NCBI GenBank assembly: GCA_039545335.1
Contig: BCIN01000003.1
Coordinates: forward strand, 496,001 to 560,000
Length of the DNA stretch: 64,000 bases
Origin: Kondoa subrosea
Lineage: Eukaryota
Direction of reading: 5' to 3'
Part shown: piece by piece, positions 49,878 to 64,000 of the stretch
Layout of the letters: every line of letters begins with the position of its first letter
How positions within the stretch are numbered: the first letter of the stretch is position 1
Position numbers and translations under genes: made by a program
The notes under the pieces: model-generated
Database searches by the model: none
Seen by the model: only the letters and a program-made list of their open reading frames with translations
What the model was told of the DNA's origin: nothing

Positions 49878-51277
49878 ATGCGAAGAGCTTTCTCTAGTCG
49901 TTCCCTACCTTCAGCTAATAACAATACTTCCGCTCCTCGTCGTACTGGAACTCAACCTGACCCCTCAACAGTTCGCTTCAACATAAGTGACCTAAACGAA
50001 GCTTTGCCATTACCTACTTCTCCCCCGGCGTACGATCAATTACCTAGAAGGAACAGTGTGCCACCACATCACCCACCTCCAATGAGATCTAGCCTCAGAA
50101 GTTCAAGTGGGATTCTGACGACTGAACCGGTCGATGCTAGACCTAGATCGAGGAAAGAAGATCCTTTGATGGTTTTGCAGAGATATGATCTTTGTTTCCT
50201 GATCGATGATAGCCCTAGTATGGTTGGCCTGTGAGTTCCAGTCTCAGTAAAAGTGAGAATACAGGCTGACATTATCATGTAAAGGTGGAATCAAGCTCGA
50301 GGTGAACAGAGCTGCATGCGGATTAGAATATCGCTCAATGATAGTCAGATGCGCTCAAAAGCGTGGTGGATATCTCTGTGAAATACGATCGGGACGGAGT
50401 TGGTGAGTTGGCAAATTGATTTCATGATATCTTTACATGTTTATAACTTGATTCGGCTGTCAGACGTCTACTTCCTCAATTCATATGAAGAATTACCAAA
50501 TTGTACCAACCCAACCCAAGTAGAACAGCTCTTCAAATCTGTTATACCAGGTCTGTCCAGTTCGCTATCATTGAATGCTTTCGAGGGCACTGAACGTTGA
50601 TGACTAGATGGCTCAACGCCCACCAGCATCAGGTTAGACGACCTACTTCGTCCCTACATCGAAGATTGCGAAGATGCCAAAGCGAATCGAGTACCTTTGC
50701 CAAAACCGAGGGTGAGATTTAGCTTCTCGTCAGCTACGGCTTGAGCTGGACTTTCTGACCAGGTGCTCATTTGTGTGACCGATGGCGAAGCTGATGATGA
50801 AGCGGGCGTTATCGATGTAGTGAGTCTCTGTATCTCTGTATCTACATCGCGTTTTTCATGCTAATGTTTGAACAGATTGTCGAAATGGCTCAAAGACTAG
50901 ATGCTGCTCGCTGTCCTCCTTTTCAGCTTGGTATTCAATTGTAAGGCAGGTCTTGCGTGATTAACTTCGCTCATCATCCGAAACAGCCTGCAGATTGGAA
51001 ATGATCCAGCTGCGAGCGAGTTTTTGCGGAGACTCGACGATGATCTTAAGGAACAGCACGGATGTAGAGATATATGGTGTGCTTCTTCTCGCACGTCCTT
51101 AGCTTTGGCTGATGACTCTACAGCGATACTCGTACCTACTCTCGATCAAACGCTCTCAATGGAGAATGGATCATGAAGGTTCTACTGGTGAGTTATCTTC
51201 GTGTCATGTTTACCTATTTTACCAGGAGAGAGGGCTCTATCAATCGAAGAGTAGATTCGCAGAAGGAAGCTGCTTGA
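49878..51277 (+). CDS. von Willebrand factor A domain protein (copy 2)
   Basis: PPAY N-terminus; FLIDDSPSM, YDRDGVDVYFLN, STPT, CVTDGEA, QLGIQFLQIGND, LRRLDDDL, AINRRVD. Confidence 0.85.
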
Positions 51278-51551
51278 AAACCCCGATCAAAGCCTTTTTT
51301 AAACCAGTTCTATCGCAACGAGTCCATCTGGTACCAATGACACACGGAAAGCACAGTACCAGATATGAATGCAATGCTTTACAAGTTTCGATATGCGATT
51401 GATGATACAAATGCTAGTTTTATATGCTACACTTATGCTTCACGATTAGGTTTGCGATTTTCGTTTGCCTTGTTCTTCCTCTTCTCCATCTTTCCCTCTC
51501 AGCTTTCTCTCCCTCTCTTGTCTTCCCTCGATTTGCGCCTTGAGTTATCAT

Positions 51552-52347
51552 CTACCATCTCAAAACACTCCACTGCCCAGTTTGAGGATCACATTCCAAC
51601 CTTCTACCAGTAGAATCCAAATTAAACAACCCTCTTCCATCAGGTCCAGTTTCTAAACTAGAAGCAGCTAAACAAACTTGAACCAAACCATGCTTTAACA
51701 ATTGTTGCTCGGGCTTTCTTTCATCTTCATGTTGTTGACGATCTTGTATTTGTGCAGTCCAAATTAATTTGGCTCGCATAAGTAAAGTTGACCAATAAAG
51801 TTGTTCTACAGCTTCTGATTTCGTACAGACTGTTGCTTTCATTCCTACTTCTCCTTCTTGTGACGATTCCGATAGATGATTTGTCTTTGGATCATGATCG
51901 ATTTCGGCATTCTCTTTCTCTATTGCTAAGATACAGGAAGAATCGGAGATGGAAGAAGTTGAGGAAGAAGTTGATAACCAAAGTTTATCATTAACAATAA
52001 GGTTTGCCGAAGTAGTAGTGGATAAGGAAGAAGAAGAAGAAGAATCAGGGAAAGGTGTGTATGTTGCTTGATTGTTTCTTGGATTGGATTGCAGAATAGT
52101 AGGGTAAGTGATTTGAGGTGATCTATTCCTCCCGGAATAATCAGCTTGTATAGAAGAAATAAGAAGAGAAAGAAGACGAACATGGATTGATGAGCTACTA
52201 ATTGAGGTCTCTTTGCCCTTGTTCTGACATATCAGTTTCGCTGGACTATGAGTTGCGCGCGGTATAGACTCACTTGGTAGGATTTGGTTTATCCAAAGGC
52301 TGATGTATTATAGCTTTAGATTGCTTAGATGTCCGTATAGGAGCCAT
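51552..52347 (-). CDS. Hypothetical Ser-rich orphan protein
   Basis: Exon 1 MAPIRTSK..PTK, a gtgagt intron, then an open frame of about 220 codons ending WSVLRW*. Confidence 0.5.
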
Positions 52348-52914
52348 GACTTCTGGTTCTGGAGCTTGTAGTGCGAACTGCAAGTCTTGATAGAAAGGGA
52401 AATGTCCAAGCGAGTAGTAGCTGCTACTAAGCTGTAGGTGAGCTGTAAGGTATAGAAAGAGAATAAAGAGTGAGTATCTAAGTGGTGGTGGCCTTTCAAG
52501 CAAGGCACCTCTTCACAAGAAGTTGAAAGTGAATTTCTCGTTCATAGTAGACTTTCCCTCAACTTTGCGGTCAGAAGGGTTGGTCGACAGGGCTGGAGTG
52601 CGAAAGACTGGCTGAATTATGACGCTATCCATCGTATATGTGAGCTACTGCTTGTACAGCTGCATCTATGAGCAAATAGCCAGAGCTAACCTGCTTAGTA
52701 AGCAGAACTTTGAGCACAGCGAGCTTGAAATTATAGGCCTCAGTCACACGTTCTTCAGACAATATACGAAAAACTACTAGCATGCAATAAAAGAACGACT
52801 TATTGTACAAAAAGAGAAATCTATCAGAAACCTAAAAACAAATACACCTGCGTTGCGTCAGTATGAATCACCTCTCTCCATTCCACTCGCCGCCGACCTT
52901 CTACTCTTCTACTG

Positions 52915-53464
52915 TTACTCCATATCCATTTCAGCTTGAGGTTGAGTTCTTTCAACTACTTGAACGTTTAAAGCGGAAACTGCTTTGACTGCATCGTTTG
53001 GAGACAGGAAACCACCAGAGCAAGAATTTGGTGAAAGTTTAGAAGGTTTACTAGATGAGGCTGAAGCTGCAGCGAAAGAATTGTTGAGTGAAAGAGGTTT
53101 GCCTCTGTAAAGTCTGGGTTAGTATTCGGTCATCTGATGGAAGCCGATAAAACGAACTTTGTGTAATGTTTGCTCTTTGCTTGAAAGAGTTTCTGAGTGC
53201 AAGGTGAGACCATTTGATCAGTAGGAGAGTAGAAACTTTGTCTGTGTGTGTTCAATCGTCAGAAAGAGCAAAAGTAAACAATCTCGGAGTTGAGGAAACG
53301 AACCCTTTTGCTGCAGCCATCTTCTTTGCTAGTAGAGCATTGCCAGATTTCATAGAACTGATGCCTTGAGGTAGTTGAGGCACGTTCAATTGAGTCGCTT
53401 CAGTTCCGTGTAAAGGTTCGACGATAGCCACGTTGGCAGCTTGGGCTTGTGATTGAGCAGACAT
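52915..53464 (-). CDS. SPO12: Spo12-family mitotic exit protein
   Basis: Exon 2 encodes FYSPTDQMVSPCTQKL, the Spo12 signature SPTD-x-x-SPC-x-KL. Confidence 0.8.
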
Positions 53465-54122
53465 GAGTGGCAGTACTGATTGATGTGAGGTGAGTGACTT
53501 GGTGTGAGAAGTGCAAAAGGTTTGGAAAGAAGAAGAAAGAGAGAAAAGGGAAAGAACTCGGAAGTAGATGTTCTACGCCACACAGTAGAGTCAGAGATCC
53601 GCACCAAAAGCAGTGCGAGACGTCAGCGCATGTGTTACTGTACGTGCCATAAGAAGAGTTTGATCATACAAAGCTATTGCATTCACAAAATCCGTCCGTG
53701 TCCAAAAGCCCGTCCATCACCTCCATATGACCCTAGCTGATACAATCAGAGCAACACCGAGCAATTGCAAAGTAGTAGCGATTTCTTCTTCCCATGACTA
53801 AATATGACCATCACCTCATATGGCGACGTGACTAAGTGAAATCCGCTCTCGAAAACCTTCTTGACACCCTCTGCGCTATAGCGCAAGACGGATCTCTGTC
53901 AGTCCTATAATGTAGCGCAATCGTAGATAGAAACCTACTTGAGCATACATGAACGGTCGAACAAGATCATTTTCTTGTGCACCACAGCACACTTTCACGA
54001 CGTCCATGCCTGGACAGATTGCTCCGTCGATGTATATCTCCAAATCCCAAACAAGAACAGTATGCATTGACCGGTCAGTCCGCTGTATTCGTCGAACTGC
54101 TCATGGATCACGAGCGATGAAG

Positions 54123-54167
54123 CAAAGAAAGAAAGAAAGAAGAGAGAGAAAAGGAGAGAGAGAGAGA
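54123..54167. repeat. (GAAA)n/(GA)n purine-rich microsatellite
   Basis: AAAGAAAGAAAGAAAGAAGAGAGAGAAAAGGAGAGAGAGAGAG downstream of the Rheb stop codon. Confidence 0.8.
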
Positions 54168-54273
54168 TGCACAAAACAGATACCGGAAACACGCATAACT
54201 TTAATGACTTTACATGCAGTAATACAAGGAACAAAAACAACTGAACTGACTTTGTACACTGTTCGATCCTCTT

Positions 54274-55303
54274 CTAGCAGATGACACACTTGTTCGACGG
54301 CTCCGCGCTCTGTTCCGGGTTCATCGCTGTACATCATCAATAAAGGCTAATCAGCTTCACACTGAATCCCTATCGTAATCACGCACCTTTCTCTACTTCT
54401 CCGACCATGAGCTCAAAGATCTTACTGACATTCTCGTTCGCTCGAGCAGATGCTTCCGTGAAAGCGCAATTCCATTCTTTGGCCAAAGCTTCTCCGTCGC
54501 TCTTATCCACTTGTCTGTACGTCAAAATCGTGTTGGTATATCAGCATGCATGCTGATATACCGAATGATAGAACGCACCTCTGAGCATCCAAATCTGATT
54601 TGTTACCCACTATAACCATAGGAACAGAATCGATTCCAGTGTAATTGAGAACTTTGTCTCTTATTATCGAAACCATTTCAAATGAAGATCGAGAAGCGAC
54701 TGAATAGACTAAGATCCAGCCATGCAGTCCTACAGCTTGTTTCGATTGCAAAATAGAGAATTCATCCTGTTCACATGATCACGCTGCTCTCAGCATTCAT
54801 AATGCTTAAAAGGATAGTGTATGGCGAACCTGTCCTGCTGTATCATGAATATCTAACGAGAAATCTTGCCCGCGAAGCTTGATCTTCTTGTTGAAAGTAC
54901 TGTTCGTTACAATCAGCTCTTTTGAACAGTTTGGTAACACATCATCCTGATTCTGACTTTTCGATAGTGGGATAATACGACTCTACAAAGTGGCTATCGA
55001 CGAATTGGACCGTCAATGAAGATTTGCCTATCGAAGAGTTAATCCTGATGAGCTGATGCAATTCAAAGGGAAAAGATAATATCGATATAACGTACCGACT
55101 GAACGAGCTCCCAGCTGATTAACACAACGCAGAGCACATCATATAAGCAGATATTACTTTGCTATAGCGACATGCGAACTTACCAATGCAATTTTCCGTT
55201 CCTTAGGTGGAATAGCTTTGCCTGTCCATCCATACGATAGCTGAGCACAATACTAGAGCTCTAAGCTAGAGCATCACGGACCAGAGGGAGTAAGATTAGA
55301 CAT
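54274..55303 (-). CDS. RHB1: Rheb small GTPase
   Basis: RKIALLGARSVGKSSLTVQFV..FVESYYPTIE, DTAGQDEFSIL, VGNKSDL, EASAR, C-terminal CAAX CVIC. Confidence 0.95.
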
Positions 55304-55819
55304 TCTACAGTTTCGGATTCCAACTTCAAGATTCAAGGGCAAATGAAGCTCAAGGGATTAGCAGATAGGAAAGTGAAGTGTAGTGCTAGAAGAGCGAAGG
55401 AATTGCAGATGACCGTTGTTGCAAGAGAAGGTATAAAGTTATTCATGCTAGCTTGGGCTATGCTTGACCTGGCGGGCAGGGCAAATTTGGTCTCTAAATC
55501 TGGGGCTTTGTTCCAGTATACAGTACAGCAACGGTCTTCTTGACCGATTGGGATGCGTGGGAGATTGAAAAGTACTAAGCATGTCAAGTTTCCCGCTTCT
55601 AAGACTGAGCCTAATCTATTCATCGCATACGTATCCTGCGCACTTGCGTCAATGGCGACTTCTTGGGCAGGGCACCGGAGTAGTGTATTACTAGAAGTCC
55701 CCAGGCTTGTTGCGTCTTGTCCTCGAAAGTGATACTCGCTTAAATTTGAAGAACTGTATAAGGTTTAAAGCCAATTAACTTACAAATCAGTCATTAAGAC
55801 TTTTACCACTCACTTTATC

Positions 55820-57300
55820 TCAAGCGCCCCTCTTCTTGTACAAACAAGGTTTCAGTAATCCTGACGAAGCAGTCAAATCCATCTTCTTGCTACCAACTTT
55901 CGCTTCCGTCCGAACGAAATCAAAGAGTATGAAATGAGTATTAGAGTCGTCCTGTATGATATCTACTTCTTTAGTCAACAAGTGACAAAAGAAGCGGAAT
56001 AGCATGCCTTTGATTTCAGCTTGAAACCGCAATTCTCGACCACTTTCTCGAATGCTGGCACATCGGTGAACCGACTTGCTACTTCAGCAACTTTCAGCAT
56101 CCCTCTATCATAGTACATCAGCTTCTTTATTCTTGAACAGTTAAAAGTGTCACTTACCCTTTTCTCAGCAATCTTGCCGATTCTCTAATCTGACCAACCC
56201 AATCAATCCCCATCAAACTCAAACAACAAACCACTACATCCGCGATTGAATTCGGTAACGGTACAGATTCCGAACATTGAGCAACTTGAACGAATTCATT
56301 CTTTTTCACCAAATCATAGCTGATGATCTTTAATGAAGAAGAAGAAGAGGAGGAGGAAAGGTCTTGAGCTAGTCGAGCATCACCACAACCTAGATCGACG
56401 ATCAATGATCGGTCTGGTAAAGAAGTTTGAAGAGAGGTGATTATTAGATCTAGAGGATGAGAAGGCCATGTTGAGGCTTGTGATCGGAAACCGGTGTGAT
56501 ACTATATAATCATAAGATCGGCTGGCAATCGATGGGGAAAGATGGCTTACTTCGTCAAAGACATTTGGATCAGACTGCATCAGCTGAAGAGCTTCTTTGC
56601 CAGAAGTAGTATACTGTAGGGTTGGAACTTCGAAACTCGACTTACGAGATGAAGAAGTTAGAAGACCTACGAGTTGCTCATTGATCTGCCTGAACCTAGC
56701 TCCTCCCAATTTGGATTTCATCTTTTGCTGCAATTCAGTCAAATGAGTATTGGAGACAGCAGGCGATGAAATAGCAGTCGAAGGGGCTTTCACAATATCC
56801 GTTGAATCTTCCTGTATGCCAGTAGACTCTTCTTCTACTTCGGCGGTCGCTTCACTCGGACCAGATGCGGCATTTTGAGCAGCTAAAGCTTCAGCAGCTT
56901 TCCTTCTCCTTTTATTCCTTTTGCCTTCTCCCTGTCCAGGTCCAGGTTGTCTCAAACTAGGTTTCTTCCCTCCTGTTACTGCTTTTGCTGTGCTTTGTTC
57001 TTCGACATTGTTGACAGATTCACGTTGAGCTATAACTTTAGCCAGAGAAGCTTCACTAGTAATCTTGCGTTGTGGTTTCGGTTTCTTAGGTTTCCCACCA
57101 TCAGCAGTATTGGTAGCAGCTTTCTCTAGACTATGATACTTTTTCAAGAGCTTTTCGATATTAATGGAAGGTGCTTCGTTTGAAGGGGCAGCAGGGAAAG
57201 CAGAGTCTTCTGCTGATTTGTTGGGTCGTTTGCGCTTCTTGCTGCCTCCATCTGAAGCGGGCTCACCGAGAGCAAAATCAGGTGTAGCGAACAAACTCAT
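55820..57300 (-). CDS. RRP8: 25S rRNA adenine-N1 methyltransferase
   Basis: LQQKMKSKLGGARFRQINEQLYT, DLGCGDARLA, VVCCLSLMG, KVAEVASRF, LLKPCLYKKR. Confidence 0.95.
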
Positions 57301-57521
57301 TGTAACAGGTCAACAGAGCGGCATCCAGAGTAATTGAAGTTCATGAGATTGGCTATGAGGGAGGACATGCAAAAGGGTAATGCAATTGCCCGAACATCGC
57401 TACTGCTAACAAAAGATCCCAAAGGCTTCCGCCGAAATTCATGCACTTGAGGATTTTCCGACATCCATCCAACGTGAAACCTCCTCAGCTCTCTCTCATA
57501 CACTCATACGCTTGCTGATAT

Positions 57522-58141
57522 TTAAGCCTTGAGTGCATACTTGCGAGCAGGGAAAGCTTGCTGCCTCTTTTTCTGTTTCAGGGTGACTGCTCTCTCTTCG
57601 TTCTGTTCCGATGGGCAAAAATAACATCAGCTTCGTGCTGATATAATAATTGCCGAACGAACCTTGGTCAACTTCCTCCTGATGGCACGGGTCTTCTTGG
57701 CACGAAGATCCAAAGGCAAGTATTTCTTGTTCTTGTAGTGTTCACGGAGAGATTGACGGGTCTTGGAAGTGATGACTGTGTTCACACGGGCGATAGCCTT
57801 GCGAACAGTGGTGCTGTACATTGCAGCATCATGCAATAAGCAAAGTGCTAATTCAATGCCTGCGAAACGCACATTTTTGAAAGCTTGGAAGCGCCTGGGT
57901 TGGCTGCTTTCTGGACTCTGTAGGAAAGGAATTGGCTTGAGCTCACATACAGCACAAACGTATCTCGACACCTACTGCAATGACTGAAGCTCAGTTTTGA
58001 GCTCATCAAGCTGCTTGACTAGGTCGGTCTTTCCCTTGGAGACCTGTACATCGCCGCGAAACAGCGTCAGCTGCATGATCAACAGCTCCAAAGCTACCGC
58101 GACCGCACCAATTCATGAGCCTTGACTTTTGTAGAGGACAT
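57522..58141 (-). CDS. RPL35: 60S ribosomal protein L35 (uL29)
   Basis: [63 protein letters not shown]. Confidence 0.97.
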
Positions 58142-58570
58142 CTTGAATAAACTGTATCACAGCGAAAAAGACAGCAAATGAGTTCTAGTTCTTTGTAATT
58201 GAGTGGTTTCAAGGCAGATCAGGGCGATGCAGATTCGTTGTAGGAGTCTTGATGGAGAGCAATACAAGCGTTATAGCAAGTTTTGAATTTTGCTCAAATT
58301 CGGTCGCTCAGTGCAAGGGTATCGTGGTATATGTTCTTCTAGGACACAAGCAAGGCTGAACAGGTAGCTTACGGGTGTTGATGGTCGTAACAATCAATTT
58401 CGGTTCGAAAATTTCTGTCTCTGCGAACAAGCGAAATCAAAGCGAGGTGGCGTAACCAAGTGAAGTAGGGATCTATCTACTCAAATGTCGTCTAGTATTC
58501 TGTAACAGTGTATAGCTTCCCTGCGTCAAACAGTAATGCATTCTGTTTGGCTTTGCAAGTTTTGTTTCCC

Positions 58571-59940
<1,370 letters not shown>

Positions 59941-60110
59941 TTTATTCTGAGATGATAGTTTACCGCCAAGAACACACATTTCATTGGGTCTCGAGAGCTC
60001 TTCATAGATTGTTAAGATGAATCAAAGTTGCAGAACACATATTACAAGGGTCAGGCTATATACAGTTCAAGAAAGCATAAGATAGTACATGCGAATAACG
60101 AGACTTCTAC

Positions 60111-62135
60111 TTAGTATCCGCCTTGAAGTAATTGACCAACGCTTGTCATCCCTCCTTCGGCGTTGAAGATAGGACAGTCCTTGTGATTGATAAGCACTCC
60201 ACGGAGCGTGCCAATCTCTTCCCGCAAAGCATTGACAGTAGATTGAAGCGTCTCGTTATCGGCTGTAAGAAGTTCGACTTTCGATTGAAGACTTTGCAAC
60301 CAAGCTTTCTTGCGTTGTCGACATTTCAAAGCAGCTGTATGCCGTTCGTTCGAAATCAGTACTTGCATCAAACAAGTTGTGATCTAGTCAAGACATACCT
60401 TGTCGATTCCTCTCGAGGAAATTCTTCCTCTTTTCTTCTTCCGTCTCAAACTTGCCCGAACCAGAAGCTGATCCCGCACCTCCATCTTCCCCATCATCCG
60501 AATTGAATTGATCTTCCGCAGCTGCCACTTTGGCTTTCTTCGTACTACCCTTCTTTCGACCAGGTTTCGCAGGTGGTGGAACATCCAACAAATCATCTGC
60601 TGACATGACTGCACTTTTCCTTTTCCTTCCGATTGTCGCGCTTGTAGTAGCAGCAGAGGTACTAGCTTCAGCTGCGGCTGCTTGTGCTGCTGCTGCTGCT
60701 TGTTGTGCTGCCGATGCCCTTTTAGCTCTAGGTGGACCTGGTGCAGGTTGAGAAACAGGAGGAGGAGCGCTGATAATTGGTTTAGGTGGAGGTAGAATAG
60801 GAATACTTGTTGGAGAAGTTGCATCATTTCCGTTGTAAGGTGAACCGCCATTCAAAGCACTCAAAGCTGTAGCCGCTAGAACTGCATCGTCATTTCCATT
60901 GTTGTTAGGTGCTGCTTGAGATAAAAGGAAGAGCGGATTGTTACCGCCAGTCTGAACGCTAGGATAGGCAGTGTTAGGATAGGCGGTGTTAATTTGTGAA
61001 GGATGAATGGCACCAGCTTGAGAAGTGGCTGGTTGACCAACAGGGAAAGGAATTCGAGGTAGACTTCCGCCATTCGAAGATCCTTGATTGTGCAAGACTG
61101 CTCTTTGTGCAGCGTTGAAAGGTTTCGGAACTGGCTGCATGGATAAGCCCGGCAATGGTTCAATGCCCAGTAATGGCTGACCGCCATTGGCCATTGCAGC
61201 ACCAGAAGGCATAGCCATGCCAACTTTGTTCGAGACGGGCATACCACCCAAGACATCTGCCTTTTTGCTGTTCATAGCTGCACCGAACCCGGCTTCAAAG
61301 TGGTTAGGCATATCTCCAGATGTGGTAGACTGAGAAATCAGACCAGCCATGGGAGCTCCAGTCGTCATACCGCTGGCGTCGGGAGTTTGGCTTTGATGAG
61401 TCATCATTGCAAAGAGAGCTGCAGTATTTGGACTTTGTGGAGGGAAGGAGAGACCGCCAGAGCCCGAAGGGGTCAGACCAGTTCTGAAGCTGTTTGGGTC
61501 GAAATATCCAGACATCCCAAATCCAGCAGAACCAGGTGTCGGACCATGAAGCATAGCAGGAGAAAGAGGACCAGATCTTAAAGAGTGGTCCAGACCCCAA
61601 CCAAACGCTTGATGCCCATCACTTGGAAGTCCGATGGAAGGTGAAATTATATTTGAAACAGCTGGCAATTTAGTTGGATTAGTGTTGACGCCGGGTGTAC
61701 GTGTGCCAGCTGGTGATTGAGATCTTGCTCGTCTAACAGGCTTCTTTTCATCCTCTTGAGCTACCTCACGAGCTGTTGATCTAGTATCCGAAGAGCGAAT
61801 AGATGACGCGGAGAAAGATTGCTCGAAAGGATTCGGTTCTAGCTCAAAGTTGTTGCGCAGGAGATGTGATTTAGCTGATTCAGAAGGAGGTGGGTCTGAT
61901 GCGGCCCTTGAAAATCGCGAAGGTGCTGCACGACGAAACATAAACGTCGCGGTTCGAGCATGTCAGAATCCTTTGCGAAAAACTTACATTCCTCGCCTTC
62001 ATACTTTATCCCTCTTGGAGATCCCATCAAACCACCAGGCGATCCAAAGGAGAAGAAAGATGGAGTTCCAGGTCGCGAAGCTGATCTCAACATCGGATGC
62101 TGAAGCTGTGTTCGATGGATTGCTGCTGTCGACAT
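60111..62135 (-). CDS. ATF1: ATF/CREB bZIP transcription factor (Atf1/Sko1-like)
   Basis: FELEPNPFEQSFS, SLRSGPLSPAMLHGP, RTGLTP, bZIP EEKRKNFLERNRQAALKCRQRKKAWL. Confidence 0.88.
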
Positions 62136-62395
62136 GTTGGATTACGATATATATACACAAATGCAGGCCAGCTCTCTTTCTTAGAGCTACCTTGCGTTAT
62201 GAATTTTGGCTAGAAAATTGTGTTGCACCGAAATGAGTAATAGGTTTTGCTTTCGCTCTATGCTGCCCTATCATACGTGCCGCCTGCATCAGACCTTGCC
62301 AAATTGCAATGAGCGTGGCCGACTCACAAGAAAGGGACAAAGTCCGGGATTTATACTATGATGCTCGATATGACGAGCGATTTTCACTTGCTGGG

Positions 62396-62403
62396 TGACG
62401 TCG
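62396..62403. promoter_or_regulatory. CRE-like element upstream of the ATF/CREB gene
   Basis: TGACGTCG, 7/8 match to TGACGTCA, about 260 bp upstream of the start codon. Confidence 0.3.
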
Positions 62404-62667
62404 TTTGCGTTCTTTTGTTCCGTGTAAAAGTAGCTTGAACGGGTCCCTGCTGCTAGACCGAGTGAACACACAGTGTTGTTATACGAAACAGGAGAACGGC
62501 GATGACAAACAGCCTTTCGCAACGACTCGAAAGCCGAACATTGCCGGGTCACATAAATCTCTCGCAAAGGCATTGAATAGAAGCAAGGCTGCAGATAAGG
62601 ATAGTCTACTGTGTTGTACCATCTCGCCCGCTGCTTCATGCCTTCGAGATCCAAATCAGCCACAGGT

Positions 62668-63104
62668 TCACTTCACTGGCCCGATTCCTTCGAAGCCTGA
62701 GTTTGATGAAGGCCTCGTACTATAGTTGACTTCTTGTCTATCCGAAGGCCCTACGGGCTGGATCTAGCGAAAAAGAAGTCAATCGCCCGTACAGCGATTT
62801 CCTAAGTTCCCTGAAAACGTACCGCAAATGACGCTTGTGGCGATACATAGAGGACTCCGGCATCTGCGTGAGTAATACACTCGGCATGAGATGCTGCTGC
62901 TTCGCTCGGTAGTATGCGAAGTTTGAGAAGGATATTGAGTTTCAGCGGTCCGAACCGTTTGTACTCCGATGGATGGTCTGTACAACCCGGTAGTGCATCA
63001 AATGCTGGCTATGGTCCAGCCCGGAAGATGTACAAAGAGTGAGATTACTTGATTTCACATAAATGAAGAAGACTGTTCCGCTGTGCATTTGGCAATTCGA
63101 GGCA
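62668..63104 (-). CDS. Possible small spliced orphan gene
   Basis: Two intron-like segments (gtaatc..tacag, gtacgt..gctag) join open segments ending EGIGPVK*; no recognisable domain. Confidence 0.25.
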
Positions 63105-63542
63105 TAACAGGTAGGTTTGAGAAGGGAGGAAGATTCGGCTGAGAAGAACGAGGGGAAAAAGACCGAAAGTCACACGAACTCATTACGAAGACATAGAGGC
63201 TCAGAGGCAGAGAATATTCTGGGCTGTACATACAAAATTCCGATCTCAGGGAGCAACAGGATCAGAATACGCCGATATCCACAAAATCACGACTGTAATG
63301 TGCTGGTATAAGAATAGAGAGCGCCAGCGATCGATCAGGAGCCAGAAGGGCAAAACACTGTGAGCAGAAGTCGATACGGAAAAATGTATGTTTTCGCTCG
63401 ACAGCTACTCGAGCCTACTTCGAACGTCACGACAACTGGTCTGTGTATAATCTGTAGAGAAGAGAACAAGTACATAGTGATAGCTGAAACTCAACAGACT
63501 GGGAGACAAATCAGCTTGAGGCCCAGAAATTAGAATTGACGG

Positions 63543-64000
63543 ATGAATCAACGAGAGGAGGATGCGGAACTGGCAGATATGGCCATGTCCGAGAGAGACA
63601 AGATGCAGAAAGGTCTGCCATATCGTGAGTCAGCTGTCACTGTATTGGATCAAGCTGAAGCTGAATGGCCATTTCAATAGTTGCGATGATAGATAGCGGC
63701 CTCGTCAAGGCGTAAGACTTGCGCTATTCGCTCCGCCTCGATCTTAATTGAGCTGCGTCAGTCGCTTGCGCATCCGGTCTCTTCTTCAAGGCGAGTTTTT
63801 GGCCAGGCATGCACTGAAGAATCTCGAGTTGATACCTTGTCAGCCTACAACAATCATCCTTGGCCGAAACCTGAAGATTACAATGAGCCAGCTGATTACT
63901 TTGGTCCGGACGAGCGAAGAGCGATACTTGCTGAAATCTTCAGATTGTCTCTGGAAGATGTCAAGAATCTGCCTCTGGAGATAGAGCCTCCGTTCTTCTG
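63543..64000 (+). CDS. Maltose/galactoside O-acetyltransferase family protein, N-terminal part (3' truncated)
   Basis: Spliced MSERDKMQKGLPY-LAMIDSGLVKA-RLRIRSLLQ-AYN..ERRAILAEIF..EIEPPFF matches the Mac domain that precedes the PPF-x-CDYG motif. Confidence 0.82.

Noticed and set aside
58360..58430. GGTTCGAA suggesting a tRNA T-loop
   Set aside because: No T-stem, acceptor stem or A-box could be folded around it.

Overview
Gene-dense, intron-rich eukaryotic DNA from a fungus, very probably a basidiomycete (inferred from 45-70 nt introns with CTRAC/CTRAT branch points, frequent microexons and the protein sequences). I found no rRNA, tRNA, CRISPR array or recognisable transposon. About 35 spliced genes were reconstructed by eye, and the coordinates given span their introns. 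Recognisable products: CDK8/SSN3 (3' end), makorin-like RING protein, type II PI4-kinase, MRM2, two MFS transporters, PAC4, a PQ-loop transporter, a DnaJ protein, IQGAP, CLPTM1, LITAF, NDUFB9, a fasciclin protein, SAM synthetase, TFIIIC Tfc6, PRP31, GH88/105, two tandem vWA proteins, Spo12, Rheb, RRP8, RPL35, LYS12, an ATF/CREB bZIP and a sugar O-acetyltransferase (5' end). The most notable spot is the 14.7-16.1 kb locus. It holds a hidden five-exon gene resembling metazoan TRIR/C19orf43, with an unusually long structured intron, and it stops only 68 nt before the PAC4 start codon (possible dicistronic unit). Also of note are a triply frameshifted FMP52 pseudogene that looks ascomycete-like, GC-AG introns (including SAM1 intron 1), a J-domain split into microexons, and a tandem pair of PPxY-vWA genes. 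Family assignments come from motif recognition from memory, not from database searches.
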